In this document: piece after piece, positions 50,416 to 61,728 of the stretch
Position numbering within the stretch: position 1 is the first letter of the stretch
Layout of the letters: the number at the start of each line of letters is the position of its first letter
From: Candidatus Marinacidobacterales bacterium
GTDB lineage: Bacteria > Acidobacteriota > Vicinamibacteria > Marinacidobacterales > SMYC01
Length of the DNA: 64,000 bases
Direction of reading: 5' to 3'
Assembly: GCA_965224085.1 (NCBI GenBank)
Contig: CBDCYI010000004.1
Coordinates: 1,408,001 to 1,472,000 of the forward strand
The notes under the pieces: model-generated
What the model was told of the DNA's origin: nothing
The model's database searches: none
The model's input: the letters and a program-made list of their open reading frames with translations, nothing else
Position numbers and translations under genes: made by a program

Positions 50416-51903
50416 TCACGTCGAAGCGAGCGCGAAACCCGCCTCGGTGCGCACGACTTTGCCTTCCTCTTCGAGCTTGATGAGCCCCGAGAGCAGCGAA
50501 CGTTCGGCGAGCCGGTGCACGCTTTTGGGCACGTCCGTATAGATCTTCTCGACGAGCTCACGGGCACTCTGCGGTGTCTCATCGAGCTCCGCCACGAGCT
50601 GCGCTTCACGCTCGGCGCGATGCTCGAGTGTTTTGCGAATGACTTTCTTGCCATCCGACACCGGCGGACCGTGGCCGGGATAGAGCGTCCCCACCGCTTT
50701 TGACTCGAGAAGCTCGAGCGAGCGCAAGTAAGTCGCGAGGTGCCCGTCGCGAGGATCGATGAGGATCGACGAAAGGGTCGAGACGAGGTCTCCGACAACG
50801 ATGGCGCCGTATCGCGAGTCTTGAAACGCCAAATGTCCGCGAGCGTGACCGGGCACGTGATAGACCGTGAGCTTCCAATTCGAGCTCCCGTCGGGCGCCG
50901 TTTTCAGATCGATCACATCGCCATGCTCGAGAGGCGTTTTTAAGCGCGCGCCCGGAAGCTCCTTTAGGCAATCCGCATGCGCGTAGGCCGGGACATCGAA
51001 GCGGCGTTGCATTTCGGAAAGCGCGCCTACGTGGTCGGGGTGGTAGTGCGTGAGAAGGATCCCCTCGAGCATGCGGCCTTCCTTTAGCAAGTCTTCCAAG
51101 AATCCCCAAAGACGCGCCTGCTCGCGGACGTCAACGGGAGACGGGTCGACGACGTAGAGGCGCTCTTCGCCCACGACGCAGGTATTCGTGTGGGTCGCCG
51201 GAGGCTGCGTCGGCGTTTGGAGCGGCACGAGAAGAATCCCCGGTGAAAAATAGACACGGTGTGGCGCCCCGCGCTCGTAGGATTGCGTGAGACGCCGGAC
51301 GCGCTCAAGAAGCCCGTTTTGTCCCTTCGACCACTGCTCGAGCATCATCACCATGGGAGGTGCCACTTGGATCTCTCCCTTGCGCCACCGCTCATGGGCG
51401 GCGGCTGGGTCCACGAACGCGCCATCGACGAGCTCTCCGTCCCATATCTCGACTTCGGCGTCTTCAGGCACGAGCGCCCGCAAGAACCACGTGTCGTAGC
51501 GAACCGGTGAGAACGGGGGCGTCATGATCTTGCACAAAGGCATCAAGTCGGACGCGTCGATGTGCTGTCCGTCCGCCTCGAGAAGAGCAGCTAGAGTGAC
51601 GTCCTCGTCCAAAAGCCGTTTGCGGTCGTCGAGCAATCGCGATCGCGACGGCGGCGTCCCTCCCCGCCCCAGCCAAATCCCGGTCTCTTCGAAGAGCTCT
51701 CGCGCACCCGCGGCTACGAAGGGAGTGAGCGAGCCGTCGTGCAGCCCGCGAATGGGGACGCGTGCGTCCTCGGCGTCGAGAGTCCCACCGGGAAAAGCCA
51801 TGAATCCGCCAAAGGAGCGGAGCTTTTGGCTGCGCTCGACAAGGAGAAGCTCTTCCGGACGGTCGCGGCGCGAGACCGCGAGACTGACGGCTAGAAGCTT
51901 CAT
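50416..51903 (-). CDS. NUDIX + metallo-beta-lactamase (LACTB2-like) fusion
   Basis: FPGG...ARELFEETG Nudix box; THYHPDHVG, PGH, VGD, PGHG; C-terminal winged helix. Confidence 0.88.
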   Translation of the reverse strand: MKLLAVSLAVSRRDRPEELLLVERSQKLRSFGGFMAFPGGTLDAEDARVPIRGLHDGSLTPFVAAGARELFEETGIWLGRGGTPPSRSRLLDDRKRLLDEDVTLAALLEADGQHIDASDLMPLCKIMTPPFSPVRYDTWFLRALVPEDAEVEIWDGELVDGAFVDPAAAHERWRKGEIQVAPPMVMMLEQWSKGQNGLLERVRRLTQSYERGAPHRVYFSPGILLVPLQTPTQPPATHTNTCVVGEERLYVVDPSPVDVREQARLWGFLEDLLKEGRMLEGILLTHYHPDHVGALSEMQRRFDVPAYAHADCLKELPGARLKTPLEHGDVIDLKTAPDGSSNWKLTVYHVPGHARGHLAFQDSRYGAIVVGDLVSTLSSILIDPRDGHLATYLRSLELLESKAVGTLYPGHGPPVSDGKKVIRKTLEHRAEREAQLVAELDETPQSARELVEKIYTDVPKSVHRLAERSLLSGLIKLEEEGKVVRTEAGFALAST

Positions 51904-51971
51904 CGGCTTGATTATAGCTGTAGCGCTTTCACCGGTTGCGAATGGAGGTCGGAGGCAGCCCTCAAAAGAGC

Positions 51972-54380
51972 TCAGTCTCGCACGGGCACGCCGTCGAGCA
52001 CCTCGCGTACCTTGTCGGCCAGCGATCGCGGCGTGAACGGTTTTTGCAGCAGCTGGGCTTCGTCTTGCACCAGGCCGCGATGTGACATGACCCGGGCGCT
52101 ATAGCCAGACATATAGAGCACTTTGAGCTCGGGTCTCCGGTCGCGGAGCCGCCCGGCGAGCTCCCGCCCGTTCATCCTGGGCATGACGACGTCCGTGATT
52201 AGGAGCTCTGCCTCTAGCTGCTTACGCCTCACGATCTCCATGGCGTGCTCGCCATCGCTCGCCGCGACGACGTCGTAGCCTCGATCTTCCAGGACCTCGC
52301 AAGTCAAAGCGCGCACGCCCTCGTCGTCCTCGACTACGAGGATGATCTCAGAGCCTCCTTGCACGCTCGGCACCGCCAGCTCGACGACCGTCGCGGGCTC
52401 GGGGACGCGCGGCAGATAGACATCGAAGCTCGTGCCGCTCCCCAGCTCGCTATGGGCGTAGATATAACCACCGCTCTGTTTCACGATGCCGTATACCGTC
52501 GAGAGGCCCAGTCCCGTACCCCGGCCGAGCTCCTTCGTCGTGAAGAACGGCTCGAATATGTGGCCCAGCACTTCTCGATTCATACCCAATCCGGTATCCG
52601 AGACGCTCAGGATGACGAAATCTCCCGTCGGTGGTCCATCCGTGAGAGAGCCTCCTCGTCCGAACTCGCCATTGGCTGTCTCGAGACGCAGTACGCCGCC
52701 ACCCGGCATCGCGTCCCGCGCGTTGATCGCGAGATTCATGACGACTTGCTCGATCTGGCCTGGGTCGGCCTTCAAGTTGCCGCATTCCTCCGAAAACGAC
52801 GTCTCGAGACGGATGTCTTCGCCAATCATGCGTGAGAGCATCCGCTCCATGTCGCGCAAGAGCACGTTGAGATCCAGAACGCGCGGCTGCAGCACTTGCC
52901 GCCGGCTGAAAGCGAGCAACTGGCGGGTCAGGGACGTTGCACGCTCCGAAGCAGTCGCCACACCTTCGAGTCGCTCGCTCCCCTTCGGGGAGAGATCTTC
53001 CGTGTGAATCACGAGGTCGGTATAACCGCCGATGACGGTCAGGAGGTTGTTGAAATCGTGCGCGACACCTCCGGCCAACATGCCAATGGCTTCCATTTTT
53101 TGCGCCTGCCGGAGCTGCCTCTCGCTCAACGCGAGCGCAGCATCGGCCTCTTCCCGCTCGGACAGGTCGCGATTGATGGTCGCGATCGAAAAAGGCTCGC
53201 CCGTCTTGTCGTCGAGTACGAGAAAGCTATGGACCTCCACCGGAATTGCCGGTCCATCGCCGAAATGCCGGAAGCGATAGGCCCCGCGCCAGGCGCCGAC
53301 GTCGTGTAGGTACGGGAGCACTTCCGTTCGCAGCTTCTCGTGGTCGGCTTCGAGAACATAATTTTCGAGCGTCGTTCCCTCGACCGCGTCGCTCGATGCG
53401 AGCCCAACCATTTCGAGGCCGGCGCGATTGACGAAGAGCATCTTGCCTTCGAGATCGGCGATCCCGATGAAGTCCCCGCTGTTCTCGACGAGCGAGACCA
53501 AACGTCGAAGCTGCGCGTCTGTCTCGACGCGCTCCGTAACGTCCGAGATGCTCAAAGTCAACCCGACGACTTCCCCATCGATCGTGATAGGGCTGACGCG
53601 CGTCTCGAACGCGAGAATGCCTTCCGGGCTTTCGTAGTCGCCGGAGTAGGAGTCTTGCTGCCCGGTCTCGAATACACGCGCAAAGCAAGCGTTCATTTCC
53701 GGACGATATTTAGGATCCGCGTAGTCGTAGATCGATGTCCCGAGCACTTGCTCGACCGTCAGCCCCGAGACAGCACGGTTGACAAAGACAACGGTCGCGT
53801 CCCGATCGAGCCGCATGATGTGACTGGGCGAGCTTTGCATCACTGAGCGCATAAGCTCTTCGGAGTGTTGTAGCGCCGACTCTGCGCGGCGGATGCGCGT
53901 ATCGTAGAGGTGGAGCACCAAGCCCGCCCAGCCGAGGGCGAGAGCAAGCGTCGCCCAGCGCGACAACGCCGGCTCAACGGGAAACATCCCCATCGTGCCG
54001 CCGGCGGCGACGACGCTCGCGACGCCGAAGAGCAACGCGGCCCGCAGCCCAAGCAGCAACGAGGCGAGCACAACGACGACGATGAACCCAACCATCACTG
54101 GGGAACCGATGCCGCCGGTTAACGCAACCCCGAACGTGACGACACCGAAGAGTAAAATACAGAGAAGCCAGCTTCCTACTTCGAGACGCCAAGCCGCCGC
54201 ACGGCGAATGAGAAGAAGCGATAACACAAAGACAGCTGCCATCCAAAGGACGCGAGTATCGAAGGAGCGCTCCAAAAGAACAGAGGACGCCGAGAGGATC
54301 GCGCTCGCAAACGCCGCCCAGAGACTGACGGTCATCATGCGCAGCTTTTCGTCCTGGCCTAGGGCCCCGACAACATACAT
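51972..54380 (-). CDS. Membrane hybrid sensor histidine kinase / receiver with two PAS domains
   Basis: TM N-terminus, AHDFNN H box, NARDAM, DTG.GM, FEPFFTTK, GTGLGL, TDVVMP receiver. Confidence 0.93.
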   Translation of the reverse strand: MYVVGALGQDEKLRMMTVSLWAAFASAILSASSVLLERSFDTRVLWMAAVFVLSLLLIRRAAAWRLEVGSWLLCILLFGVVTFGVALTGGIGSPVMVGFIVVVVLASLLLGLRAALLFGVASVVAAGGTMGMFPVEPALSRWATLALALGWAGLVLHLYDTRIRRAESALQHSEELMRSVMQSSPSHIMRLDRDATVVFVNRAVSGLTVEQVLGTSIYDYADPKYRPEMNACFARVFETGQQDSYSGDYESPEGILAFETRVSPITIDGEVVGLTLSISDVTERVETDAQLRRLVSLVENSGDFIGIADLEGKMLFVNRAGLEMVGLASSDAVEGTTLENYVLEADHEKLRTEVLPYLHDVGAWRGAYRFRHFGDGPAIPVEVHSFLVLDDKTGEPFSIATINRDLSEREEADAALALSERQLRQAQKMEAIGMLAGGVAHDFNNLLTVIGGYTDLVIHTEDLSPKGSERLEGVATASERATSLTRQLLAFSRRQVLQPRVLDLNVLLRDMERMLSRMIGEDIRLETSFSEECGNLKADPGQIEQVVMNLAINARDAMPGGGVLRLETANGEFGRGGSLTDGPPTGDFVILSVSDTGLGMNREVLGHIFEPFFTTKELGRGTGLGLSTVYGIVKQSGGYIYAHSELGSGTSFDVYLPRVPEPATVVELAVPSVQGGSEIILVVEDDEGVRALTCEVLEDRGYDVVAASDGEHAMEIVRRKQLEAELLITDVVMPRMNGRELAGRLRDRRPELKVLYMSGYSARVMSHRGLVQDEAQLLQKPFTPRSLADKVREVLDGVPVRD

Positions 54381-54421
54381 GTGTTCTTGTTCCTGCGGTG
54401 ACGAAAGAATAGCATGAGTGC

Positions 54422-55180
54422 ATGCAAAACGCTGCTCTGGCCACGCTCGCCCTCACTCTAGGTCTTCAATCGGCGGACGATCTGGCGCGTCGCTTTCTCA
54501 TCGCGGACGCCAATATCCTAACGTCCTATCGCCTCACTCTAGACGCAGCCGACGTGCTCGTCAGAAGCGATATCGGTGAGTTTGACGTGCCTCGGGCCCG
54601 AGACGGCGGTCTCAATCTCGTCTTCGCGGGGCTGCTCTTTCCGACGATGCGTTTTACCAAGTGCTCGCGCAGTCCGAAGCGCCCGTCATCGCCTCTCATT
54701 CGTCGTGTCGCGCATTCACGCCCGGCTGGGAGAGAAATATGAGCGATGCGATGATCCGAACGCTTGCTGAAGGGGGAGGAGTCATCCACTTTACTTTCGG
54801 CGGATCGTTCCTCAGCACCGAGCTTCAACAACGAGAGCGGCCCGTTTGGGCTCACGTCGAGGATCCCGGCTTCAGCATCAACTCGGTAGAGGGCCGAAGG
54901 ATGGCGCAGAGATTTCGTCAAGAGAAAGGCATCCGTTATGCGACGATCGGCGACGTCGTGATCATCGACCACGTCCGGGACCTCGTCGGTATCGACCACG
55001 TCGGGATAGGCTCCGGATTCGACGGATCCGGCGATTCGATGCCGGACGGGCTGAAAGACGTCTCTGACTGCGCGAGCCTCATCGAGAGCTCTTGAAGCGC
55101 GGCTACGTGGACGACGACGTCGAGAAAATCCTTTCGGGGAACCTTCTCCGCGTATAGCCCAGGTCGAGCGGATCGCAAAG
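54422..55180 (+). pseudogene. Membrane dipeptidase (M19) remnant
   Basis: ARDGGL, APVIASHSSCR, RNMSD, IDHVGIGSGFDG, LLKRGY, GNLLRV fragments in different frames with deletions. Confidence 0.82.
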
Positions 55181-55223
55181 CTATAATGTCCAGAACCTAG
55201 AAAGCCTAGAAAGGGACGACGTC

Positions 55224-56783
55224 ATGATCACGTTGAAGAGTTATGCGGCGGGGAAGTGGCAGGATAGCAGTGGACGCCCACGGATTCTCCGGCATGCCGT
55301 CAGCGGTGAGGAGATCGCTCAACTCTCGAGCGAGGGTGTCGATTTCGGGGCGATGCTCGCCTGCGCCCGCGGAAAAGGTGGGCCGGCGCTTCGCCAGATG
55401 AGCTTCCCCGAAAGAGCGGCCATCCTCAAGAAAATGGCCGGCGTTTTGAACGAGCGGCGAGACGAGCTCAACCAAATCGCCGCGAGCTACGGAGCCACGA
55501 AGAAAGATGCCGCTTTGGACGTGGATGGCGGTGTGGGTACGTTGGCGTTCTACGCGAGTCTAGGTGCAAGAAAGCTCCCTGCGTCCAACTTTGTCGTCGA
55601 CGGCGAGACGGCGCGCCTTTCGAAAGACGGCCATTTCGTCGGCCGTCACATCTACGTGCCGCTCGAAGGCGTTGCTATCCAAATCAACGCGTACAACTTT
55701 CCGTCTTGGGGCATGCTCGAGAAGCTGGCGCCGTCTTTTCTCGCTGGCATGCCCAGCATCGTGAAGCCTGCATCGCCTTCCGCGTGGCTGACCTTTCGTA
55801 TCACCGAGATCCTCGTCGATTCCGGTATCGTCCCCGAGGGCGCGCTTCAGCTCATCAGCGGCTCAGTCGGTGATTTGTTGAATCACTTGACGTGTCAAGA
55901 TGTCGTCGCGTTCACGGGGTCGGCTTCGACAGGAGAGAAAATCCGCTCCCATCCGACGATCGTCCGCGAAGCCGTGCGCGTGAACATCGAGGCGGACTCG
56001 CTCAATTGCATCGTTCTCGGACCGGACGTAGCACCCGGTTCGGAAACTTTCGAGTATTTCGCAAAAGAAGTCGTCCGAGAAATGACGGTAAAGGCAGGGC
56101 AAAAATGCACCGCCATACGGCGCGTTATCGTGGCTTCCGAACGAGCCGAAGCCGTGGCAGATACGCTGAAAGAGCGCCTCGCTAGAATCCAGGTCGGTGA
56201 TCCGAAGACCGAAGGTGTGCGCATGGGGCCACTGGTCGACGAGGACGCGCTCCGCTCGGCGCGTGAAGGCGTGGCGAAGCTATCCGGAGAGGCTGAGATC
56301 GTCTACGGCGATCCGAGCCGGAAAGATTTCGAGCCGCGTCAAGGGTTTTTCATGGAGCCGGTGCTTCTGCTGTGCCGAAAACCGCTAGGAGCCACCGACC
56401 TCCACGAAGTAGAAGTCTTCGGGCCGGCCGCAACCATCATGACCTACAACGATGTCGCCGAGGCCATCGAGCTCGCGCGTAAAGGCGGCGGCAGCCTCGT
56501 CGGCTCGATCTTCAGTGAAGACGACGATTTCGTCGCGAAAACAATGTTCGGCCTAGCCCCCTATCACGGCCGTCTGATGGTGATGAACGCGAAGGCCGCT
56601 CCCGAATCCACTGGCCACGGCGTGGTCATGCCGCACCTCGTCCACGGTGGCCCGGGCCGCGCAGGTGGCGGCGAAGAGCTCGGCGGCGTGCGGAGCGTCC
56701 ATCACTACATGCAGCGATTGGCAATCCAAGGCGACCCGGAGCGTTTGGACCATCTACTCGCTGCCGCGATCCCTCAATCCTGA
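55224..56783 (+). CDS. PaaZ/BoxD-type CoA-semialdehyde dehydrogenase (ALDH domain only)
   Basis: [56 protein letters not shown]; no MaoC domain. Confidence 0.85.
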   Translation: MITLKSYAAGKWQDSSGRPRILRHAVSGEEIAQLSSEGVDFGAMLACARGKGGPALRQMSFPERAAILKKMAGVLNERRDELNQIAASYGATKKDAALDVDGGVGTLAFYASLGARKLPASNFVVDGETARLSKDGHFVGRHIYVPLEGVAIQINAYNFPSWGMLEKLAPSFLAGMPSIVKPASPSAWLTFRITEILVDSGIVPEGALQLISGSVGDLLNHLTCQDVVAFTGSASTGEKIRSHPTIVREAVRVNIEADSLNCIVLGPDVAPGSETFEYFAKEVVREMTVKAGQKCTAIRRVIVASERAEAVADTLKERLARIQVGDPKTEGVRMGPLVDEDALRSAREGVAKLSGEAEIVYGDPSRKDFEPRQGFFMEPVLLLCRKPLGATDLHEVEVFGPAATIMTYNDVAEAIELARKGGGSLVGSIFSEDDDFVAKTMFGLAPYHGRLMVMNAKAAPESTGHGVVMPHLVHGGPGRAGGGEELGGVRSVHHYMQRLAIQGDPERLDHLLAAAIPQS

Positions 56784-57649
56784 AACCGAGCGACCCGCTC
56801 GAGAAGCGCATCATCGTCAAGCTCGAGGCAAAGCGCTTCCATCCCCTCGCGCGAGGCGCCGCGCCATTCGAGATCGTCGAGACTCTCTTCGAGCGGGACG
56901 TCCCGACGAAGGGTCGCGAGCTCTCTATAAAGAACCGCTTGCTGCCTCTCGTGACGAAGGCTCGCGGCGAGATCGTAGGCGCGGCGCGGCTTGACCTCCC
57001 AATCAGCGGCGTTCACCGGAATCGATTCGATGTGGCCGTAGCGCGCTAAGACTTGCGCCGTTGATTTCTTGCCCCAGCCGAAGACACCCGGGAGTCCGTC
57101 CGCGGCATCCCCGACGAGCGCGAGATAGTCAGGGATCGAAACGGGCGCAACGCCAAATTTCTCTTGGACGCCCTTCTCATCGAGAATGATTTGACGGCGG
57201 CGATCCCAGCAGACGACGCGGTTTTCCGTAACGCATTGGGTGAGGTCCTTGTCCGGCGACGCGATGACGACCTGCTCGACGCCGTCATGCTCGACCCAAT
57301 TCGCCGCGGCGGTAGCCATAGCGTCGTCCGCTTCGAACTCGACCATCGGCCACGTCACGAGACCGAGCGCCCGCGTCACTTCCTCCGCGAGCTCGAACTG
57401 TCCGGCGATTTCGGGCTCGATGCCGGCGCCGGTTTTATAGCCCGCGAATAGATCGTTTCGAAACGATTCGATCACGTGGTCGAAGGCGCAACCCACATGA
57501 GTGACGTCTTCGTCGCGCAGCAGGAAGAGGAGGCTCCGGAGAAGGCCGCTCGCGGCGCCTATCTCTCGGCCAGCGGGGCTCGTCTTCTTGGGAGCGCCGT
57601 AATAGGCGCGGAAAAGCTCGTAAGTAGCGTCGACAAGATGAACTTTCAC
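56774..57649 (-). CDS. Stand-alone 5'-3' exonuclease / flap endonuclease
   Basis: LVDATYELFR, YK, EADD, DKD, ALVGDAADGLPGV.GWG.K. Confidence 0.9.
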   Translation of the reverse strand: MKVHLVDATYELFRAYYGAPKKTSPAGREIGAASGLLRSLLFLLRDEDVTHVGCAFDHVIESFRNDLFAGYKTGAGIEPEIAGQFELAEEVTRALGLVTWPMVEFEADDAMATAAANWVEHDGVEQVVIASPDKDLTQCVTENRVVCWDRRRQIILDEKGVQEKFGVAPVSIPDYLALVGDAADGLPGVFGWGKKSTAQVLARYGHIESIPVNAADWEVKPRRAYDLAASLRHERQQAVLYRELATLRRDVPLEESLDDLEWRGASREGMEALCLELDDDALLERVARFQD

Positions 57650-57813
57650 CCACAGATTCTACAGTCTACGGCGCGCGACAGGTGCTGCGGTGACAGAGAG
57701 ATCACGTCATCATTCGAGGAGGGTGAGCGAACGATGAGGACTCTAGCAACGGTGACGGGATGCACCAGTTGCGAATTACCTGGCCAAAAGACAAGCATAG
57801 CGGCTTTCAGCGG

Positions 57814-59410
57814 CTAATCGTATCTCAGGGCCTCGAGCGGCTCGATGCGGAGAGCGCGTCGAGCCGGAAGCCACGATGCCGCGATGCCAGCTACGGTCAT
57901 CAACACCGCAGCGGCCAGTGCTGCCGAAGTTGATGGCTGGATGTACGTCAGCTGACCGAGAAGACGTCCGACTAGAAACGAAAGCAAGACGCCACCAGTC
58001 GCACTCGCACCAACGAGCAGCGCAGCTCTTTTGAAGACGGCTACGAGAACATCTTGCCGCTCGGCGCCGAGCGCGATGCGAATCCCAATTTCCCGCGTGC
58101 GCCGCGATGTGGTGTAGGCAAGAAGCGCGTAGAGACCCACCGCGCTGAGAACTGCGGCGAGAGCGCCCATCGCACCAAGGCTCGCGGTGGCGAGGCGTAG
58201 AGGCGTCGTCGGCAGATCGAGATACGCTTCGAGACTCATCGCATCGAAGACGAGCACGCCCGGAGCGGCGGCCTCGATCGCCCGCTCGAGCATCGACAGG
58301 GTCGCTCGCTCGGAAAGGGTTGTTCGTACAACCAGGGTCGAGGTGCTGTTGTAGCTCTGTGCGAGGGGAAGCCAGACGGCCAACTGAGGCTCCTCGGTCA
58401 CCGTCTGGTACTTTCCCGCCTCCACCACGCCGACAATCTCGATGGGCTCAGCATCGGGGTTGAATCGGAAGCGTTGTCCCACGGGATCCTCGACGGTCAA
58501 AAGTCGGCGCACGAACGTCTCGTTCACGATCGCCACCCTGGGCGTGTCCGGCTGATCGCGGTCATCGAAGTCCCGGCCCGCCACGATAGATGTGCCCAAC
58601 GCGTCAAAGAGCCCGGGCGTAGCCTGATACGTGACGGCGGTCGGAGCTTGTGAAACCGGAGGAACGGGCCGCCCCGCGACGTAGACGCTGTTCCAGGATT
58701 GGTCGATACTAAACGGGATCGAGTTGGCGAGCCCTGCGGCTTCGATTCCGGGAAGATTCGACGCCGCCTCGTACCTGAACCGCCACATAGATGTCGCGCA
58801 GACCGAAACGGCGGATGCCGGTGAGCGTCGTCCCGCTTTTGAGCGCGGACAGGGGATCGACCGCTGAGCTACGCAGCGCAGGCATCAAGCCGATCAGCAA
58901 GGCGCTCGCAACGGCTGTGATCCCCGCGAAAGCCAAAATACTCAAATCGACGGGAAGCTCCGTGTTGATGGGGAACGTGAAAGCGGGAAGGGAGGCAACG
59001 AGCGCCCGCCCGAGCCAGAACGACAGAAGGACGCCCCCGAGACATCCCGTGAGCGCCACGAGAAGCGACTCAACGAGGAGAATGCGACCGAGCGCCGAGC
59101 GGCTCGCGCCGAGCGAGAGCCTCAACGCAAACTCTTTGTGGCGTTCCGATGCTTGCGCCAAGAGAACGTTCGATAGGTTGGCGCAAGCGACAAGAAGCGT
59201 GAGGCCCGAGATCATAAACAGACCCGTGCTGAAACCGACGGCTGGGCCCCGGAGAGCACTACCAAGAAGTCCCATCGGTGCGAGCCGAATCTCCATTCCC
59301 TCATTCGAATCGGGGTAGTCGCGAGCGAGCTGCTTCGCGACGATTTCAAGAGCAGCGCCGGCTTCGGGCTTCGTGATGCCCTCTTTCAACCGCGCGATCA
59401 CCCACGCGTT
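57814..59410 (-). pseudogene. ADOP-family permease, 5'-truncated with internal deletion
   Basis: ACANLSN...EFALRLSLGA, then AVQV| deletion at ~58771, GRDF, RTREIGIRIALGA, PARRA..IEP..ALR. Confidence 0.85.
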
Positions 59411-59549
59411 CTAGCATCGCACAGAAGAGCGCTAGCTTCTCACACTCTCCTCTAGCGAGACGGCACCTATGCCACGAACGAGCCGAATCTGAAGCTGAAG
59501 CTTGCGATGGAAGGCTCCGAGGCTCAGCCGGGCGCGGCGCCAGAGGCGA

Positions 59550-60186
59550 CGGAGGAAGTTTTGGTGAATTGCTCGAGGACTTTCTGGGACTGGACGGAGG
59601 CGCCCAGATTGGACTTGAGCTCCGCTACGGGCTGTTCAGAAACACTCAAATCGGCGTCTACCGCACTAGCGACCGTACGATCCAGTTCTTTGGGCGGCAG
59701 CGCTTGCTGGAGCAAGGAACCGGCGGCCCAATCGTGCTTGATCTCTCCCTCGGGATCGAGGGGACCGACAACTTCCAGGAAGATTATTCCCCCCAACTCG
59801 GGGTCGTCCTGTCGCGGCGGCTGGGGTCGCGCTTCGCGCTGTATGCATCTCCGAGCTTCGTCGGCAACACGGACTTGTTGAGCCCGGACTCGAGCGACGA
59901 CGAGGACGACTACACCGTCGTACTCGGTCTCGGCGCACGCGTACTCATCACCGACACGGTTACCATTGTCGCGGAGCTATCACCTCGAATGGCAGGTTTC
60001 GACGGACGGCTCGGGGACAAGAGCAACAAATTTCACGCCTCCTTCGGCGTCGAAAAACTTCTCAGAGGACACGTCTTTCAGCTAAACTTCTCTAACGAGG
60101 TCGGCACGACGCCTGCCCAAATCGCGAGGGGCCAACAGGGCCCGGACGATTGGTTCCTCGGCTTCAACATCTCTCGAAAATTCTGA
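59550..60186 (+). pseudogene. DUF5777-like outer-membrane beta-barrel protein lacking its N-terminus
   Basis: FLGLDGGAQIGLELRYG, GHVFQLNFSN, FLGFNISRKF terminus; no in-frame signal peptide. Confidence 0.65.
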
Positions 60187-60208
60187 TTCATCATGAAAGG
60201 AAACGACT

Positions 60209-60577
60209 GTGAGAGACTCGAACAAGCTCACGCGCCGAGACTTCACCGTCTCATCGGCGTTGGCTCTTCTAAGCGGCGTCGCGATCACGATCACAGGATG
60301 CGGCGGTGATTCTAACGATACGCCTACGATGACAACACCAACCCCGGTCATGGACGTGACGGGAACGGTCGGCACCAATCATGGTCACACCGCGGTCATC
60401 ACGGCCGCCCAGCTGACTTCCAACGCCACTTTGATGCTCGACATCACGGGAACTTCCGACCATCCTCACACCGTGGAAATCACCGCCGCAGACCTCGGTC
60501 AGATCATGGCCGGCATGCGTGTTACCAGAACATCGAGCAACGCTCAGGCGCACACTCACACCGTCACGTTCAACTGA
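60209..60577 (+). CDS. Small Tat lipoprotein with His motifs (putative metal binding)
   Basis: TRRDF, ITGC lipobox, NHGH, HPH, HTH motifs; AAAGGA RBS. Confidence 0.75.
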   Translation: MRDSNKLTRRDFTVSSALALLSGVAITITGCGGDSNDTPTMTTPTPVMDVTGTVGTNHGHTAVITAAQLTSNATLMLDITGTSDHPHTVEITAADLGQIMAGMRVTRTSSNAQAHTHTVTFN

Positions 60578-60597
60578 TTGCGGGGGGGTCGCCGAGG

Positions 60598-60803
60598 AAA
60601 TCGACTCGAGTCCCACGAACTGCGCCGGTGACAAGAGGATTCCGTTAGTCTCTTCGTTCCGATGCCGAACCGCCATGAACTAACGTGCGGAGCAGTTGTG
60701 GGACGGATCGATTGGACTAAATTCTTTGCCCGTGTGGCATTTTGAAACTTAATCAAATGCGTCGCGAGGGCGAAGCGTTCCCTGAACGGCTAGGCGTTTA
60801 GTC
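60598..60803 (+). ncRNA. Candidate structured RNA of unknown family
   Basis: Nested inverted repeats forming two large domains (see findings); no recognised family. Confidence 0.4.
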
Positions 60804-61199
60804 AAGGTTGATTCGCCGGCAAGCTGAGGCTTTTGCGGCGCGGCGATGACGACGAGAGCGGGATCGACGGACGCGACACGGTACCGCGCTCATTCGACCA
60901 GCGAATTCAGGAGCTCGAGGACGCAAGCCACGCAGCCTCCGGCCGGGTGCGTTTCGCGATCCGAAAGTGCCCTACGCGGCCTCGCGCCATTCGAAGCGAT
61001 GTTGCAGGACTATGAGAACACGGAGCATCGTGCGGCGGAGTTTGCCCTATCTCGCGTTGTAATCTCAAGTGCAAAACCCGCTCTCCGGCCGCGCGAGCGG
61101 GACTCGTAACTCTCTGATTTCAAACGCGGACGGTTTTTGATGATGGACAGGTCACTTGCTGTCGCAAAGCGAGGGTTCTTCGCCCCAATCATTTTTCTC

Positions 61200-61228
61200 T
61201 TGACAATCATTATGGTTGTATATACACT
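61200..61228 (+). promoter_or_regulatory. marR promoter with operator 1
   Basis: TTGACA-17bp-TACACT; TGGTTGTATATACA (61213-61226) contains the palindrome TGTATATACA. Confidence 0.75.
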
Positions 61229-61234
61229 ATTTCT

Positions 61235-61681
61235 ATGGTCGAACATCGAAAAAGTCGGGCCGGGCGTGAGATCGGGCAGAACTGCCTCGCCGTGCGGATT
61301 AGGATGCTAAACCGCATCATCACAAACATTTACGACGACGCCCTCAGACCTTTCGGCATAACTACGAGCCAAGGCAATATCCTGACGGCGATGGATCAAG
61401 TGGGTCCCGTCAAACAGGCAGAGCTCGCAGGCTATCTCCATATCGAGAAATCGACGCTCAGCCGCAATCTGTCCCTCATGAAGAAACGCGGCTGGGTGCG
61501 TGTGCTGCCTGGGGAGGACGAGAGGAGCCATGCCGTCGCCATCACCGCCAGAGGAAGCAAACTTCTGGAGGAGGCCCTGCCCTCATGGCGGAAGGCACAG
61601 CGAGCTGCGATCGAGATTCTCGGCGACGAGGGTGCGGCGACGGTGAAGGCGGTGGCGGACCGCTATCTCCCGGCCCTGTAA
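61235..61681 (+). CDS. MarR-family regulator
   Basis: CLAVRIRMLNRII..YD..LRPFGIT, KSTLSRNL, D.R motifs. Confidence 0.9.
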   Translation: MVEHRKSRAGREIGQNCLAVRIRMLNRIITNIYDDALRPFGITTSQGNILTAMDQVGPVKQAELAGYLHIEKSTLSRNLSLMKKRGWVRVLPGEDERSHAVAITARGSKLLEEALPSWRKAQRAAIEILGDEGAATVKAVADRYLPAL

Positions 61682-61687
61682 AAATTT

Positions 61688-61716
61688 TTGACGTGTTGGT
61701 TGTATATACATTTAAC
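61688..61716 (+). promoter_or_regulatory. Second copy of the operator, upstream of the RND adaptor gene
   Basis: Identical 14-mer TGGTTGTATATACA at 61697-61710, downstream of TTGACG. Confidence 0.72.
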
Positions 61717-61728
61717 GGAGGTGAAGCG

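Noticed and set aside
60581-60620. RNase P RNA or tmRNA (GGGGGG start, GAGGAAA motif)
   Set aside because: GAGGAAAGUCC is incomplete, there is no matching 3' P4 strand, and no T-arm/CCA end.
60833-61109. Short ORFs upstream of marR
   Set aside because: No RBS or recognisable motif; possibly a degraded remnant but not supportable.
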